Of a stretch of DNA of 64,000 nucleotides, positions 47,663-57,592 are shown in pieces. The stretch is from Candidatus Atabeyarchaeum deiterrae (GTDB taxonomy: Archaea > Asgardarchaeota > Atabeyarchaeia > Atabeyarchaeales > Atabeyarchaeaceae), in assembly GCA_037310415.1 (NCBI GenBank), contig CP147780.1, forward strand, positions 1,088,001 through 1,152,000, in the 5' to 3' direction. Position numbers and translations under genes: made by a program. The stretch's first letter is position 1. The number at the start of each line of letters is the position of its first letter. The notes under the pieces are model-generated. The model saw only the letters and a list, made by a program, of their open reading frames with translations, did no database searches and was not told the origin of the DNA.

Positions 47663-47958
47663 TAAGGGGTCTGTCTTTGAGGTTGTGCTCCAAACAGATC
47701 TTCACTGTATCAGTTGATTTCCAAGAGAGATGCCATTGGCATATAAGCATTACGATTATGGTAATCGATTACAAACCTCGATGAAGCGTTTTTGGACTGG
47801 TTCGTTCCGAATGACAACAACGTAGTATAGAAAACGTCCTCCTGTTCGTAAAGAAATACCCACGGAAACTTGGGACTATGATGCCCGTGTCATCTGAGAA
47901 GAAAAAGGATTTAAAAAAAGGAAGTCTGTCGATGAAAAATCTAGTCTGTCTTTCAAGA

Positions 47959-48384
47959 TTACTCTGTTGGGACAAAGACGTATTTCATCCCGATTTCTGG
48001 TGACTCGACAAACTCCACCTTCAACTTCATTCCAACTTTGACTTCTTCGGGCTTAATGTCCTTCAACCATGTCATTAATGCAGGCCCTTCGCTTAACTTC
48101 ACGATGCCAATGATGTAGGTGCCATATTTGGAGAAGCTTTCTGGAGGGGTCGTGTTCACCGTGTAGGTGACAAGTTCACCCTCGCCCCCATATGTTACCC
48201 ACTCCATGTCCTCATTAAGATCCTTGGGGCAGTCTACCCGTGGAGGGAAGTAGTTTGTTCCACACTTGCCACACTTTGTACCCATAAGCTTATTTCGTCT
48301 CAAACCTTCGAAGAATTTGCCAGCTTTCGTTTGGAATGGTTGAGTAGGTTGTTGCCCTGCAGCTTGCGCTTTAGATGATGACAT
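47959..48384 (-). CDS. DUF35 Zn-ribbon/OB-fold thiolase partner
   Basis: KCGKCG..YFPPR.DC; GELVTYT. Confidence 0.92.
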   Translation of the reverse strand: MSSSKAQAAGQQPTQPFQTKAGKFFEGLRRNKLMGTKCGKCGTNYFPPRVDCPKDLNEDMEWVTYGGEGELVTYTVNTTPPESFSKYGTYIIGIVKLSEGPALMTWLKDIKPEEVKVGMKLKVEFVESPEIGMKYVFVPTE

Positions 48385-48398
48385 TTTTTCTTTTCACC

Positions 48399-49586
48399 TC
48401 ACCTTGTGTAGATATGCACATAGGCATACTGTCCTGTTGCCCCAACATTGTGGGTCAGTCCCATTTCAGCCTTCGGAACTTGTCTTCCTTGATCGGCTTC
48501 TCCACGGAGTTGTTTAGTGATCTCGCCAGCCATGCTTACACCTGTTGCGCCGATTGGATGTCCCTTTGCTTTGAGCCCGCCATCAACGTTAGTTGGTATT
48601 CTTCCGCCTACGTAGCATTGGTCTTCTTCCACCAGTTTTCCACCTTCGCCTTTCTTCGCAAACCCAAGATCTTCTAGCGCCATAATCTCGGCTATTGTAA
48701 AGCAATCGTGAACATCTGCTACGTTGATGTCCTTTAACTCAGCCTTGGCCATCTTGAAAGCTTGTCTTCCAGCTTCTACAGCGGAATTGACTCCGACGTA
48801 ACTTGGCTTAGCGGCAAAGTATTCACCCTCACTTGCACATCCAAGACCGGTTAGCCACACTGGTGTATCAGATATCTTCTTGGCCATGTCGGCTGAAGCC
48901 ATGATAACAGCGGCAGCTCCATCAGTAATCAAAGAACAATCGTAGAGTTTCAGAGGAGACGCTATCACTCTGGACTTCATGACTTCATCGAGTGTGACAG
49001 CTTTCTGCATGTGAGCGTATGGATTCATGGCGCCGTACTTGTGGCTTTTGACGGCAACTTTCGCCATTTGTTCCTCAGTTGTTCCGAATTGATTCATGTG
49101 TCTTGTCGCCATGAGAGCGTAGTATGATGGGAACGTCGTGCCCCAAAAGGCAAACTCCCATTGAGCATCTCCGCCTCGTCCGAGAGCCTCGACAGCCTTA
49201 CCTGTTGGCACTTCATTCATCTTCTCGTAACCCAGCACCATGACTACGTCAGCCATACCTGAAACGATGGTTGTATAAGCGACCCTGATTGCAGCACTGC
49301 CAGTTGCACATGCAGCCTCGACTCTCATCGACCCCTGTGGATTCAACCCAACATAGTCAGCGGCTGGAGCACCAGGGGCAAGTTGACCCAGCAAAAGCTC
49401 GGCGCCAGCGACTCCTATCACTGAGTACTGAATGTCCTTCGGCGTTAATCCACTGTCATCGAAAGCTTTCTTGGTTGCCTCGAAGCAAAGTTCACGGGAT
49501 GAAGCATCCATTCTCCTACCGAACTTCGATTGACCAACACCGACAATTGCGACCTTCTTTTCACCTTTAGCCAATACTTGGTTCAC
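48399..49586 (-). CDS. Thiolase (archaeal acetyl-CoA acetyltransferase type)
   Basis: EAACATG, DGAAA, VHDCFT, KGHPIGATG. Confidence 0.95.
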   Translation of the reverse strand: MNQVLAKGEKKVAIVGVGQSKFGRRMDASSRELCFEATKKAFDDSGLTPKDIQYSVIGVAGAELLLGQLAPGAPAADYVGLNPQGSMRVEAACATGSAAIRVAYTTIVSGMADVVMVLGYEKMNEVPTGKAVEALGRGGDAQWEFAFWGTTFPSYYALMATRHMNQFGTTEEQMAKVAVKSHKYGAMNPYAHMQKAVTLDEVMKSRVIASPLKLYDCSLITDGAAAVIMASADMAKKISDTPVWLTGLGCASEGEYFAAKPSYVGVNSAVEAGRQAFKMAKAELKDINVADVHDCFTIAEIMALEDLGFAKKGEGGKLVEEDQCYVGGRIPTNVDGGLKAKGHPIGATGVSMAGEITKQLRGEADQGRQVPKAEMGLTHNVGATGQYAYVHIYTR

Positions 49587-49916
49587 CTACCACAAAGATT
49601 TCATACTGCTAGAGGAGAACCAGAACCCACGTATATATTTCTTGATATTTCGAAAAGAGCAGAATCGATCAGCTATTCAGAAGATGATTGACCTATGACC
49701 CTCTGTCATTTCTTGTCTCTTCAGCGCGAAATTCTTCTTCCAACCACGTTTCTTCACCATATCAACATTCTGACCGCACGAAAAAATGCACTTAGAAGGC
49801 TCGAGCCTGCCCGTCAAGACTTAAATACAGATACAACGCTCTAAGTTTCAATTGGAATGGAAGGCACATACCGATACTAAGTCAGATTGCTGAATGGTAA
49901 GTTGGTGAATATAGTT

Positions 49917-50786
49917 ATGAAAGCTAATGAGGTTAGGAAGGTTGCCGTTCTTGGCGCTGGTCTAATGGGCGCTGGCATTGTCGAAGTGTGCGCCCAATCT
50001 AGGATCAACGTGTCTATGCGGGATATTAAGGATGAGTTTATTGAAAAAGGATTCAAAGGAATTAAGGACTTCTTGGAGAAAGGAGTGGCAAAAGGAAAGA
50101 TAAAGCGCGAGGAAGCTGATGGCACAATCTCAAGAATAGAAACAACGATTGATATTGCCAAAGCCGTCAGCGGTGCAGATGTCGTCATTGAGGCAATCCC
50201 AGAAGAAATGAAACTGAAAAAGGAAGTCTACAAAGAAGTATCGAAGTATACATCTGAAAATACAATAGTGGCTTCCAACACGTCGACACTCAGTGTGTCG
50301 GAGATGGCTACTGCTGTTAATCATCCAGAGAACTTCCTCGGATTGCACTTCTTTAATCCTGCGCCTTTGATGAGGCTAGTCGAAGTCATCAGGGGAAAGA
50401 AGACCGTGGATGAGACGGTAACATTCGGAAAGGAGTTTGCAGCAAGACTCGGAAAGACACCTGTGGTCTGTATTGACAGTCCTGGCTTCATCGCGAACAG
50501 GATCGCCATACCTTTAATGAACGAAGCTATCATAGCATTGGACGAGGGAATAGCAACAAAGGAAGATATTGACACAGCCATGAAGCTCGGATACAACCAT
50601 CCGATGGGTCCATTTGAACTAGCGGATCTGATTGGCTTGGACACGCTTCTGCACTCGATGAAAGCTGTCAATGACAGATTGAGGTCGCCACGATGGAAAC
50701 CAGCGGCGTTACTTGAGAAAATGGTGAAAGAAGGGAGACTGGGGCGCAAGACCGGTAAAGGATTCTACGATTATCAGCAAAAATAG
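49917..50786 (+). CDS. hbd: 3-hydroxyacyl-CoA dehydrogenase
   Basis: GAGLMGAGI, SNTST, HFFNP, PMGPFEL, GRKTGKGFY. Confidence 0.95.
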   Translation: MKANEVRKVAVLGAGLMGAGIVEVCAQSRINVSMRDIKDEFIEKGFKGIKDFLEKGVAKGKIKREEADGTISRIETTIDIAKAVSGADVVIEAIPEEMKLKKEVYKEVSKYTSENTIVASNTSTLSVSEMATAVNHPENFLGLHFFNPAPLMRLVEVIRGKKTVDETVTFGKEFAARLGKTPVVCIDSPGFIANRIAIPLMNEAIIALDEGIATKEDIDTAMKLGYNHPMGPFELADLIGLDTLLHSMKAVNDRLRSPRWKPAALLEKMVKEGRLGRKTGKGFYDYQQK

Positions 50787-50828
50787 ACAATGAAGGTCCA
50801 AAAAAGAAAAGGGAGGTTTGATTTGAGA

Positions 50829-51623
50829 TTGTCCTCGAAAACCTACAGCAACATACTCTTCGAGAAGAAGGAAGGCATTGCCAGACTAACAGTCAATAGA
50901 CCTAACGTCTACAACGCCTTAAACCCTGACACTATGAAAGAGATCGCGGACGCCATTGCTGATGTTGGGAAGGATAACTCTGTGAATGTTCTCGTAATCA
51001 CTGGCGCAGGGGAGAAAGCATTCATTGCTGGCGCTGACATAAGCACATTCCCAACTCTCACTCCGAAGCAAGCAAGATCCTTTGCCAAGTTAGGGCAGCT
51101 AGAGATTACTAGAGCGTTGGAATCACTTGGCAAACCCGTGATAGCAGCTGTCAATGGCGTGGCAATGGGGGGAGGATGCGAAATCGTCCTAGCATGTGAT
51201 TTCGTAATAGCGTCAGAGAATGCGAAATTTGGACAACCTGAAATAAACTTGGCCATCCTGCCAGGGTGGGGAGGAACCCAAAGACTGCCAAGGGTCGTCG
51301 GAACGTTCAAAGCCAAAGAACTGTGCATGCTTGGTGAACCAATCGACGCCAAAGAAGCAGAGAGAATCGGAATAGTGTACAAGGTTGTTCCATCAGCAAA
51401 GCTAAATGAAGTCGTGGACGAGTTAGCCAAAAAACTAATGGCCAAAAGTTCATTTGCATTGCGCCTAGCGAAACAGGCCGTGGATAAGGCACTTGATGTG
51501 GACATTGACACTGGACTAGCATTTGAAAGTGACCAGTTCGCAGCAGCATTTACGTCAGAAGACCATATCGAGGGAGCAAAGGCATTCCTGGAGAAGAGGA
51601 AGCCGACATTCAAAGGAAAGTAA
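50829..51623 (+). CDS. crt: Enoyl-CoA hydratase (crotonase)
   Basis: [29 protein letters not shown]. Confidence 0.95.
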   Translation: MSSKTYSNILFEKKEGIARLTVNRPNVYNALNPDTMKEIADAIADVGKDNSVNVLVITGAGEKAFIAGADISTFPTLTPKQARSFAKLGQLEITRALESLGKPVIAAVNGVAMGGGCEIVLACDFVIASENAKFGQPEINLAILPGWGGTQRLPRVVGTFKAKELCMLGEPIDAKEAERIGIVYKVVPSAKLNEVVDELAKKLMAKSSFALRLAKQAVDKALDVDIDTGLAFESDQFAAAFTSEDHIEGAKAFLEKRKPTFKGK

Positions 51624-51727
51624 GAAGGGGAGCTGTACCGCAGACTAAGATAGGGTGATGAAATCACGCGATCCAGTTCCCTTTTCCTCTTTTAGAGCGA
51701 ACAAAGCAATTGAGGTGTGGTACCAAC

Positions 51728-52939
51728 ATGATCCAAGATATTGATAAGGAACTATCGAGATTGAAAGCGGACACGGTTGTAATTATTGGCGATTCAACAT
51801 TTGGAAATCCATCCCTCGCATACGTTGTTGGGGCGACAGCTACTAGGGGTGGAATCTACATGAAACATGTCGGAAGCAAACCCATGCTTCTTGTATCCGA
51901 GATAGATGTGGGCAGCGCCAAGAAAGGAATCATTCAAGACATCAGGTCCTACTCCGAGTTTGGCTATTTGGAGCTATCCAAGAGGATGGGAGAAACCAAA
52001 GCGAAGATAGAGGTCTGTACCAAGGTCCTGAAGGAAATGAATATAGAAGGGAATATTTGCCTCGGCGGAAAAGTTGAAGCAGGGTTGGCTCTGAGCTGGG
52101 CTGAGGGATTGAAAGGTAAAGGGTTTGGTATCACAATTGACGAGAGTCTTATTGACAGAGTCAGAATGACGAAGGACGACGTCGAAATCGAAAAGGTAAG
52201 GAATGTGGGAAAGAAGACGGAAAAAGTAGTCGCCGCGACAATCAAGATGCTTCAGGAGTGTATGATCGGAAAGGATGGAAAACTGAAATCACAGGAAGGA
52301 AAACCTCTCACAGTCGCAGATGTCAAAGCATTCATACGTATGAGGTTAGCGGAGGAAAATCTCATCGCTTCGGAAGACACGATTTTTGCGGTGGGGCCCG
52401 AAGCTGCTGACCCCCACAATAATGGCGGCGAGAGGACTGTCATACCAACAAACACGCCACTCGTATACGACATATTTCCACAAGAAGTGGGAGCATACTG
52501 TTTCGATATGACAAGAACAATAGTAATTGGAAAAGCTTCAAATGAAGTCAGAAAAGCGTACACAGACGTGCTTGAATCCCAGTTACTCGCATTGGACACC
52601 ATCAGGAGTGGAGTGCCAGCTAAGGAAGTCATGAGAAAAGTCTGTGAATTTCTTCAGTCAAGAGGACATAGAACGCCAATCTACTACGTCGAGAAGAATA
52701 TTCCGATGACAGATGGATTAATCCATGGCCTCGGACACGGTGTGGGGCTAACAATAGGCGAGCCTCCGTATCTGCGATTAACGTCAGAAGACACCTTGGC
52801 GGAAGGTGCTCTGACAACAGTCGAGCCCGGCGTATACTACCCAGGCAGGTTCGGAGTGAGAGTGGAAGACATCGTGGTCGTAAGAAAGAACAAGCCGGAA
52901 AATCTCTCAACTTTCTCCAAAGAACTGGAGGCAGTCTGA
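51728..52939 (+). CDS. M24-family Xaa-Pro aminopeptidase
   Basis: DPH, D...DMTRT, HGLGHGVGL, EPGVY, GVRVED. Confidence 0.92.
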   Translation: MIQDIDKELSRLKADTVVIIGDSTFGNPSLAYVVGATATRGGIYMKHVGSKPMLLVSEIDVGSAKKGIIQDIRSYSEFGYLELSKRMGETKAKIEVCTKVLKEMNIEGNICLGGKVEAGLALSWAEGLKGKGFGITIDESLIDRVRMTKDDVEIEKVRNVGKKTEKVVAATIKMLQECMIGKDGKLKSQEGKPLTVADVKAFIRMRLAEENLIASEDTIFAVGPEAADPHNNGGERTVIPTNTPLVYDIFPQEVGAYCFDMTRTIVIGKASNEVRKAYTDVLESQLLALDTIRSGVPAKEVMRKVCEFLQSRGHRTPIYYVEKNIPMTDGLIHGLGHGVGLTIGEPPYLRLTSEDTLAEGALTTVEPGVYYPGRFGVRVEDIVVVRKNKPENLSTFSKELEAV

Positions 52940-52948
52940 AGGCAAGGA

Positions 52949-54061
52949 TTACTTCCTATATGCCCCATATTTCTTTGCAGTATCAATCATGGCTTTGATG
53001 TTCTCAAGTTTCGCATCTACAGGAACAGAGCACCCAGAACTGAGAATGAAACCTCCTCCCTCGCCAACCTCTTTGATCAGTCTTATGCAGTACTTCTCTA
53101 CTTCGTTGGTTGTTCCCAAACGGAAGAATGGTGCTGGAACGTCACCCATAATGCACATGTGGTCACCCAAGACTTTCTTAGCTTTGAAGATGTCAGTCTG
53201 ACCATCCAGTTCAAGTGTGCATGATGCCTTGGGTAGCTGGAGCAGGTATTCCAGCATAAGTGTCCAGTTGCAATCAAAGTGAAGAAGCGTATGGAAGCCA
53301 TCTTTGTGAAGATTCTCAACTATCTTCTTGAGCGAAGGTAGAGTGAGTTGCTCAAACATCTTCGGTGAAACGAAAGAACATGAAGTTCTCTGTGCTCCAA
53401 CGAAGACAGTCTTCACTCCGGAAACCAGACAAGTGCTCTTAGCCAGACCTATTTCTTCATTGATTACGGCATTGCTAGCCTTGATGATCTTGTCCGGGTA
53501 ACGATGCATGTCAAGCAGGATTTTCTGGACAGACCTGTAGAACGAGAAGAGCTCTACTGGCACAAAACAAAGTGCACCGCAGCTAATCGGTATGCCCAGT
53601 TTGTCCCAAGTTGTTCTAAGACTCTTTATGACGTTTCCAAGACCAAGTATTCTAGCGGCACTGTCTTTGTTTCCAACCCTATTCAGAAGTTCAAGGAGAG
53701 ACGCCGTGAACCCTTTCTTGACCATTAGATCGTAGTCATCCAGCTTCATTATCTCTTCGTCACAGACTTGAAGCAAAGCGTCATCTGGAAGATCTCTCCC
53801 TGGTGCTTTCGACTTAAGTGAGAATGCCGACATTGTAATTATCTGAGGCGGAAAGATTTCGTCCCACCCTCCAAGCTTCTCAAAGGTTACTTGAATGGCC
53901 TTGTTCGCAACCTCATCATTGAAGATGAAGTCGCTCATCTTGACTCCCGCTATCTTAGGTGCAACAAAGTCGATGAGAGGAACGACCGGAACTCTGTCAG
54001 GAACCTTAAGACTCTTGACTGCCTCAATTCTCTCTCTAGGAGACATAGCTTCCTCAGTCAT
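52949..54061 (-). CDS. URO-D-family (MtaA-like) methylcobamide methyltransferase
   Basis: PDRVPVVP, LHFD, CIMGDVP, GGGFILSSGC; adjacent to a corrinoid protein. Confidence 0.88.
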   Translation of the reverse strand: MTEEAMSPRERIEAVKSLKVPDRVPVVPLIDFVAPKIAGVKMSDFIFNDEVANKAIQVTFEKLGGWDEIFPPQIITMSAFSLKSKAPGRDLPDDALLQVCDEEIMKLDDYDLMVKKGFTASLLELLNRVGNKDSAARILGLGNVIKSLRTTWDKLGIPISCGALCFVPVELFSFYRSVQKILLDMHRYPDKIIKASNAVINEEIGLAKSTCLVSGVKTVFVGAQRTSCSFVSPKMFEQLTLPSLKKIVENLHKDGFHTLLHFDCNWTLMLEYLLQLPKASCTLELDGQTDIFKAKKVLGDHMCIMGDVPAPFFRLGTTNEVEKYCIRLIKEVGEGGGFILSSGCSVPVDAKLENIKAMIDTAKKYGAYRK

Positions 54062-54685
54062 TTACTTCTCACTCCATTCTATGGCAAGTTTAACTGCATC
54101 TACAGTTGTCTTACCCAACGCATCGGCACCGACGAACTTGACTACGCTATCATTTGTGGTGCCTCCCCCAATCATTATCTTCACTTTGCTCTTCAGACCA
54201 GCAATCTTCAATTCTTCGACTGTCTCTTTCATTGCATCCCAAGCTATGGTCAACAGACCGGACATGGCAACTATGTTGGATCCCGTTCCTTTCACCTTGT
54301 CCACGAATGCCTTCGGTGGGACATCAACTCCCAGGTCATAAACTTCAAACCCGTTCATTCTGAGAAGCATGGCGACCAGATTCTTACCCATATCGTGAAT
54401 GTCCCCTTGTACTGTGCCAAGAACCACTTTTCCGCGGATTTGTGCCTTGCGTCCCTTCAATTTGGGTGCAATCATGTCAGTGATTTTCTGGAAAATATCT
54501 GCTGCAAGCACCAATTGGCTCAGAAAGTACTCCATCGCTTCATATCGTTGCCCAACTACATCGAGTCCCTTCCTGCACAGATCAACGATCTTGAGCGGGT
54601 CCTCTCCTTTCTGAAGCATTTCTCTTACAAGTTTTGTTGCTGCTTCTTCATCAAGGTCAGCAATTGCCTTGACAAGTTCTTCCAT
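54062..54685 (-). CDS. Methyltransferase corrinoid protein (MtaC-like)
   Basis: GDIHDMGKNLV B12-binding motif, DLGVDV, SGLL, IGGG. Confidence 0.95.
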   Translation of the reverse strand: MEELVKAIADLDEEAATKLVREMLQKGEDPLKIVDLCRKGLDVVGQRYEAMEYFLSQLVLAADIFQKITDMIAPKLKGRKAQIRGKVVLGTVQGDIHDMGKNLVAMLLRMNGFEVYDLGVDVPPKAFVDKVKGTGSNIVAMSGLLTIAWDAMKETVEELKIAGLKSKVKIMIGGGTTNDSVVKFVGADALGKTTVDAVKLAIEWSEK

Positions 54686-54809
54686 TACTATTCCTCCGCA
54701 AGCCGGGTTCAAGTTTATTCTGTTAAGACTGCCATCCGTTTTCAAGAGCGATAAGAGAAAGGGAGAGACCCACTTCAGTTATTTGTAGTACAAGCCAAAA
54801 CCGTACAGT

Positions 54810-55319
54810 CTAAGGCTTGACAGATACATCGTAGCTGTTCTTTGAGAAGAGTGTTTCGATACTCTTCCGAGTCTTCGGTCCAGGTTTCGCGTCTGGTACT
54901 CCAAGCGCAAGAATTCCGCCGACGACCTTGTCCTTCGGTATGCCCAATGCTCCTTTCACTTGTCCTTCGTCGAACGCTCCAATAAAGACGCCGCCGAGAC
55001 CAACCTCGTAGGCCGCAAGTAGAATGTGTGTCAAAGCGATTGTTGTGTCGATCAGGTGCCAGGTTGGCGATTTGTCTGGGTCAGATACTCCAACCACAAG
55101 TAACGGGGCTTTCGCAAGATAGGGCTGAGCTGCCGCCTTAGAGATTATTCTCCGTCTTTCGGGGTCGTCAACAAGTACGAAGCGATATGGTTGCCAGTTC
55201 ACGGCGGAGGGTGCATCTTGCGCTGCTTTCATCAAGATATCCAGTTTTGTCTTGTCGACAGGTTGGTCCTTCCACTTTCTCACACTCCTCCTAGACCTTA
55301 TAACATCCATCACGCCCAT
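54810..55319 (-). CDS. Nitroreductase family protein
   Basis: RRSVR, APSAVNWQPY, GLGGVFIG. Confidence 0.92.
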   Translation of the reverse strand: MGVMDVIRSRRSVRKWKDQPVDKTKLDILMKAAQDAPSAVNWQPYRFVLVDDPERRRIISKAAAQPYLAKAPLLVVGVSDPDKSPTWHLIDTTIALTHILLAAYEVGLGGVFIGAFDEGQVKGALGIPKDKVVGGILALGVPDAKPGPKTRKSIETLFSKNSYDVSVKP

Positions 55320-55419
55320 TCAAAACATCCCACCATTAGATTTGCCCATGCGAGAAGAATGATTTTTCCTACAAGCTGTGGGCTCACATGATTGATGCTT
55401 TCGATAGAGAAGAAGGAAC

Positions 55420-56358
55420 CTATGGCTTTGGAATGGCGAGGTCACTAGTTCCTCTTTCGGACAGTTTTCCTTCAGGGTAATCCTTCTCGATTATCCCCCT
55501 GATGATCTCAGCAAATTTCACTTTTTCTCTAGCTTGGAAAGCTAAGGCGTCAGGGCTGACCCAAGGTCTGTACATCGAGCCCACACTGGAACCAGGTTCA
55601 ATCTTGAAGTATGCCGGGCTACATGTCCGCACTATCTCTGGGCAATCGTAGAACCTGTTGAACCCGCCAAAGGAATCAAATAGCATCACGTGAACGTCAA
55701 GCGGAATACTGCATGCGGCCCTGAGGGAAGCGAGTTGAGGCAATGACAAGTCTGCGAGGGGGTTGAATGTATCAGCGCCAAGAAACTCAAGCAGTTTCGC
55801 ACTCGCCGGTGAGGCATGCCCAGCGAAGACTGAAATCTTGAACTTCACCTCTCTTGGAATCTCACCAATTTTCTTCATTTCTTTGAGAAGCCAAAGAAGT
55901 CCCTCGTCGATGACTAAGAAACCTCTAAATCCCATTTCTATCAGTCTCTTTATGTCGTAGACAACATATGAGAGTTGGTCGGCACCCCTGAACCTCATAC
56001 CGGATAGGACTCCCTCGGGAGTAGCTATCTGTCTTCCAGTATCCCAGAGCGACCTAGGGCCAGGAGTCGCTATGACTTCTATCTTAGCTGAAGCTGCAAG
56101 CTCAGCGTACTCCTTGAGTTCTTTCTCTGAAAGGAGCGTGGCACCCATAACCATACCTATGACCCTATGAACTGGAACATCTCTCTTCTCTGACTCGTCT
56201 ATCAGTGCCTGCAGCGTGGATGGGCGCTCAATTCCACTGATCTCGATCCGGTAATTGCATCCATCGGGGAAGTGTTTCTCACTAGTAGGGAGATTGTATA
56301 AGTCTCTCCCAGGTATGCCAAGTTTCTGAAAGGCTTTGCGAACATCCTCTATATCCAA
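55420..56358 (-). CDS. U32-like TIM-barrel protein of unknown function
   Basis: FPDG..YRIEI, PGPR..WD, DEGLL, KISV..GH..P; lacks the usual U32 Cys cluster. Confidence 0.6.
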   Translation of the reverse strand: MDIEDVRKAFQKLGIPGRDLYNLPTSEKHFPDGCNYRIEISGIERPSTLQALIDESEKRDVPVHRVIGMVMGATLLSEKELKEYAELAASAKIEVIATPGPRSLWDTGRQIATPEGVLSGMRFRGADQLSYVVYDIKRLIEMGFRGFLVIDEGLLWLLKEMKKIGEIPREVKFKISVFAGHASPASAKLLEFLGADTFNPLADLSLPQLASLRAACSIPLDVHVMLFDSFGGFNRFYDCPEIVRTCSPAYFKIEPGSSVGSMYRPWVSPDALAFQAREKVKFAEIIRGIIEKDYPEGKLSERGTSDLAIPKP

Positions 56359-56489
56359 TTGTTTTGGCCCCCAATATTCTGAGTCAGTATCTATAGAGCC
56401 CTTCTATTTCTATCTTTCTAGATAGCAGAAAAAGAACCCCGACTATCTTCGCACTGATAGAATTTCTTACATGATCCCAAGTTCGGGAT

Positions 56490-57335
56490 CTACAACACTT
56501 TTGCATTTTCTTGCCAGTCTTTTCTGACTGCCATCCCAATACCCACGAAAGAATGTCCTGTTCTCTTGATCACACTCTTATACTGCTCCACGTATTCAAA
56601 GAAGTCGTACTCATCTAGATGGCTAGCTTTCACTTCATTCCATACTTTGCCGACACCTGGGCAGATGTCACTTTTTATGTCGTGGAAGACAACTATGTTG
56701 GCCTTCTTTCTCACATTTTCGAAATCATTTCTGCAAGCATTTTCCTCGTGACTTCCATCGATGAGGACCAGATCATAACGACCATTGATCCTTATGAACT
56801 CCTTAAACTGAAGAGATTGGCTGTCCATTTGTATGAACTCTGCCCTAGGGTTGATCTTGGTGTATCTGGCCAGAGATGGGGAATGGCAGATATCGACACC
56901 CACTGCTTTCCTAAGTGGATGAAATCTATTCAAGTACTCAACTGTTGCAACAAACGTGCCGCCATGTCGAACACCGATCTCCAAGTAAGTATAAATCTGA
57001 AATCTTGAGAGTGTAACCAGATATTTGCTAAACTGGTTCGGATACTGCCAAGATAGCAGCCCCTGGCCGCAATAACCGTACAGTTCTTCGGGAAACTCAT
57101 ACAACCGTTCATTGTTGAAGCCCAAGTGGGGCAACAAATCCAACTCGAGACGTCTGTAGTCAGATAGGAAGTCAAGGCTCTTCTCTCTAATCAAACCCAA
57201 ACGCGAAAAGTCGATCAGATTCATTTCTCGTTTTCTATCCATCAGTCTCATAATTCTAGGCATTCTTCTTATTAAGCCCCAAGTAATAGCCGACAAAAAC
57301 CTATAGAGAGTCTTGTTCTTCATTACAGCTTCCAT
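56490..57335 (-). CDS. Class I SAM-dependent methyltransferase (Methyltransf_24-like)
   Basis: YLEIGVRHGGT, DLVLIDGSH, VFHDI. Confidence 0.85.
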   Translation of the reverse strand: MEAVMKNKTLYRFLSAITWGLIRRMPRIMRLMDRKREMNLIDFSRLGLIREKSLDFLSDYRRLELDLLPHLGFNNERLYEFPEELYGYCGQGLLSWQYPNQFSKYLVTLSRFQIYTYLEIGVRHGGTFVATVEYLNRFHPLRKAVGVDICHSPSLARYTKINPRAEFIQMDSQSLQFKEFIRINGRYDLVLIDGSHEENACRNDFENVRKKANIVVFHDIKSDICPGVGKVWNEVKASHLDEYDFFEYVEQYKSVIKRTGHSFVGIGMAVRKDWQENAKVL

Positions 57336-57592
57336 GGACAGTCGCCTAGTACCACAGTTCCAGATTCTTCCTCAATATGAATGAATCAGCCTTAAATACG
57401 TTGTTTTAAACGGCTCCAGAGAAAGAAAACGTTGGGACAATCGCTACCGCAGTGGCGCATTGTTTCCCAATATGTTTATGAAGCATCTCCAAGAAATGAA
57501 TAAGTAAAGCATTAGAAAGCTAGCGGATCTTTCTCTAATCCAAGAGGAACAAGAATTCATCGATAAGTCCTTTTTCCGAGGTGCCAAGTTGT

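Noticed and set aside
50909-54754. Long antisense ORFs (50909-51667, 53891-54754) and similar shadow ORFs elsewhere
   Set aside because: They lie opposite well-supported genes and have no recognisable motifs.
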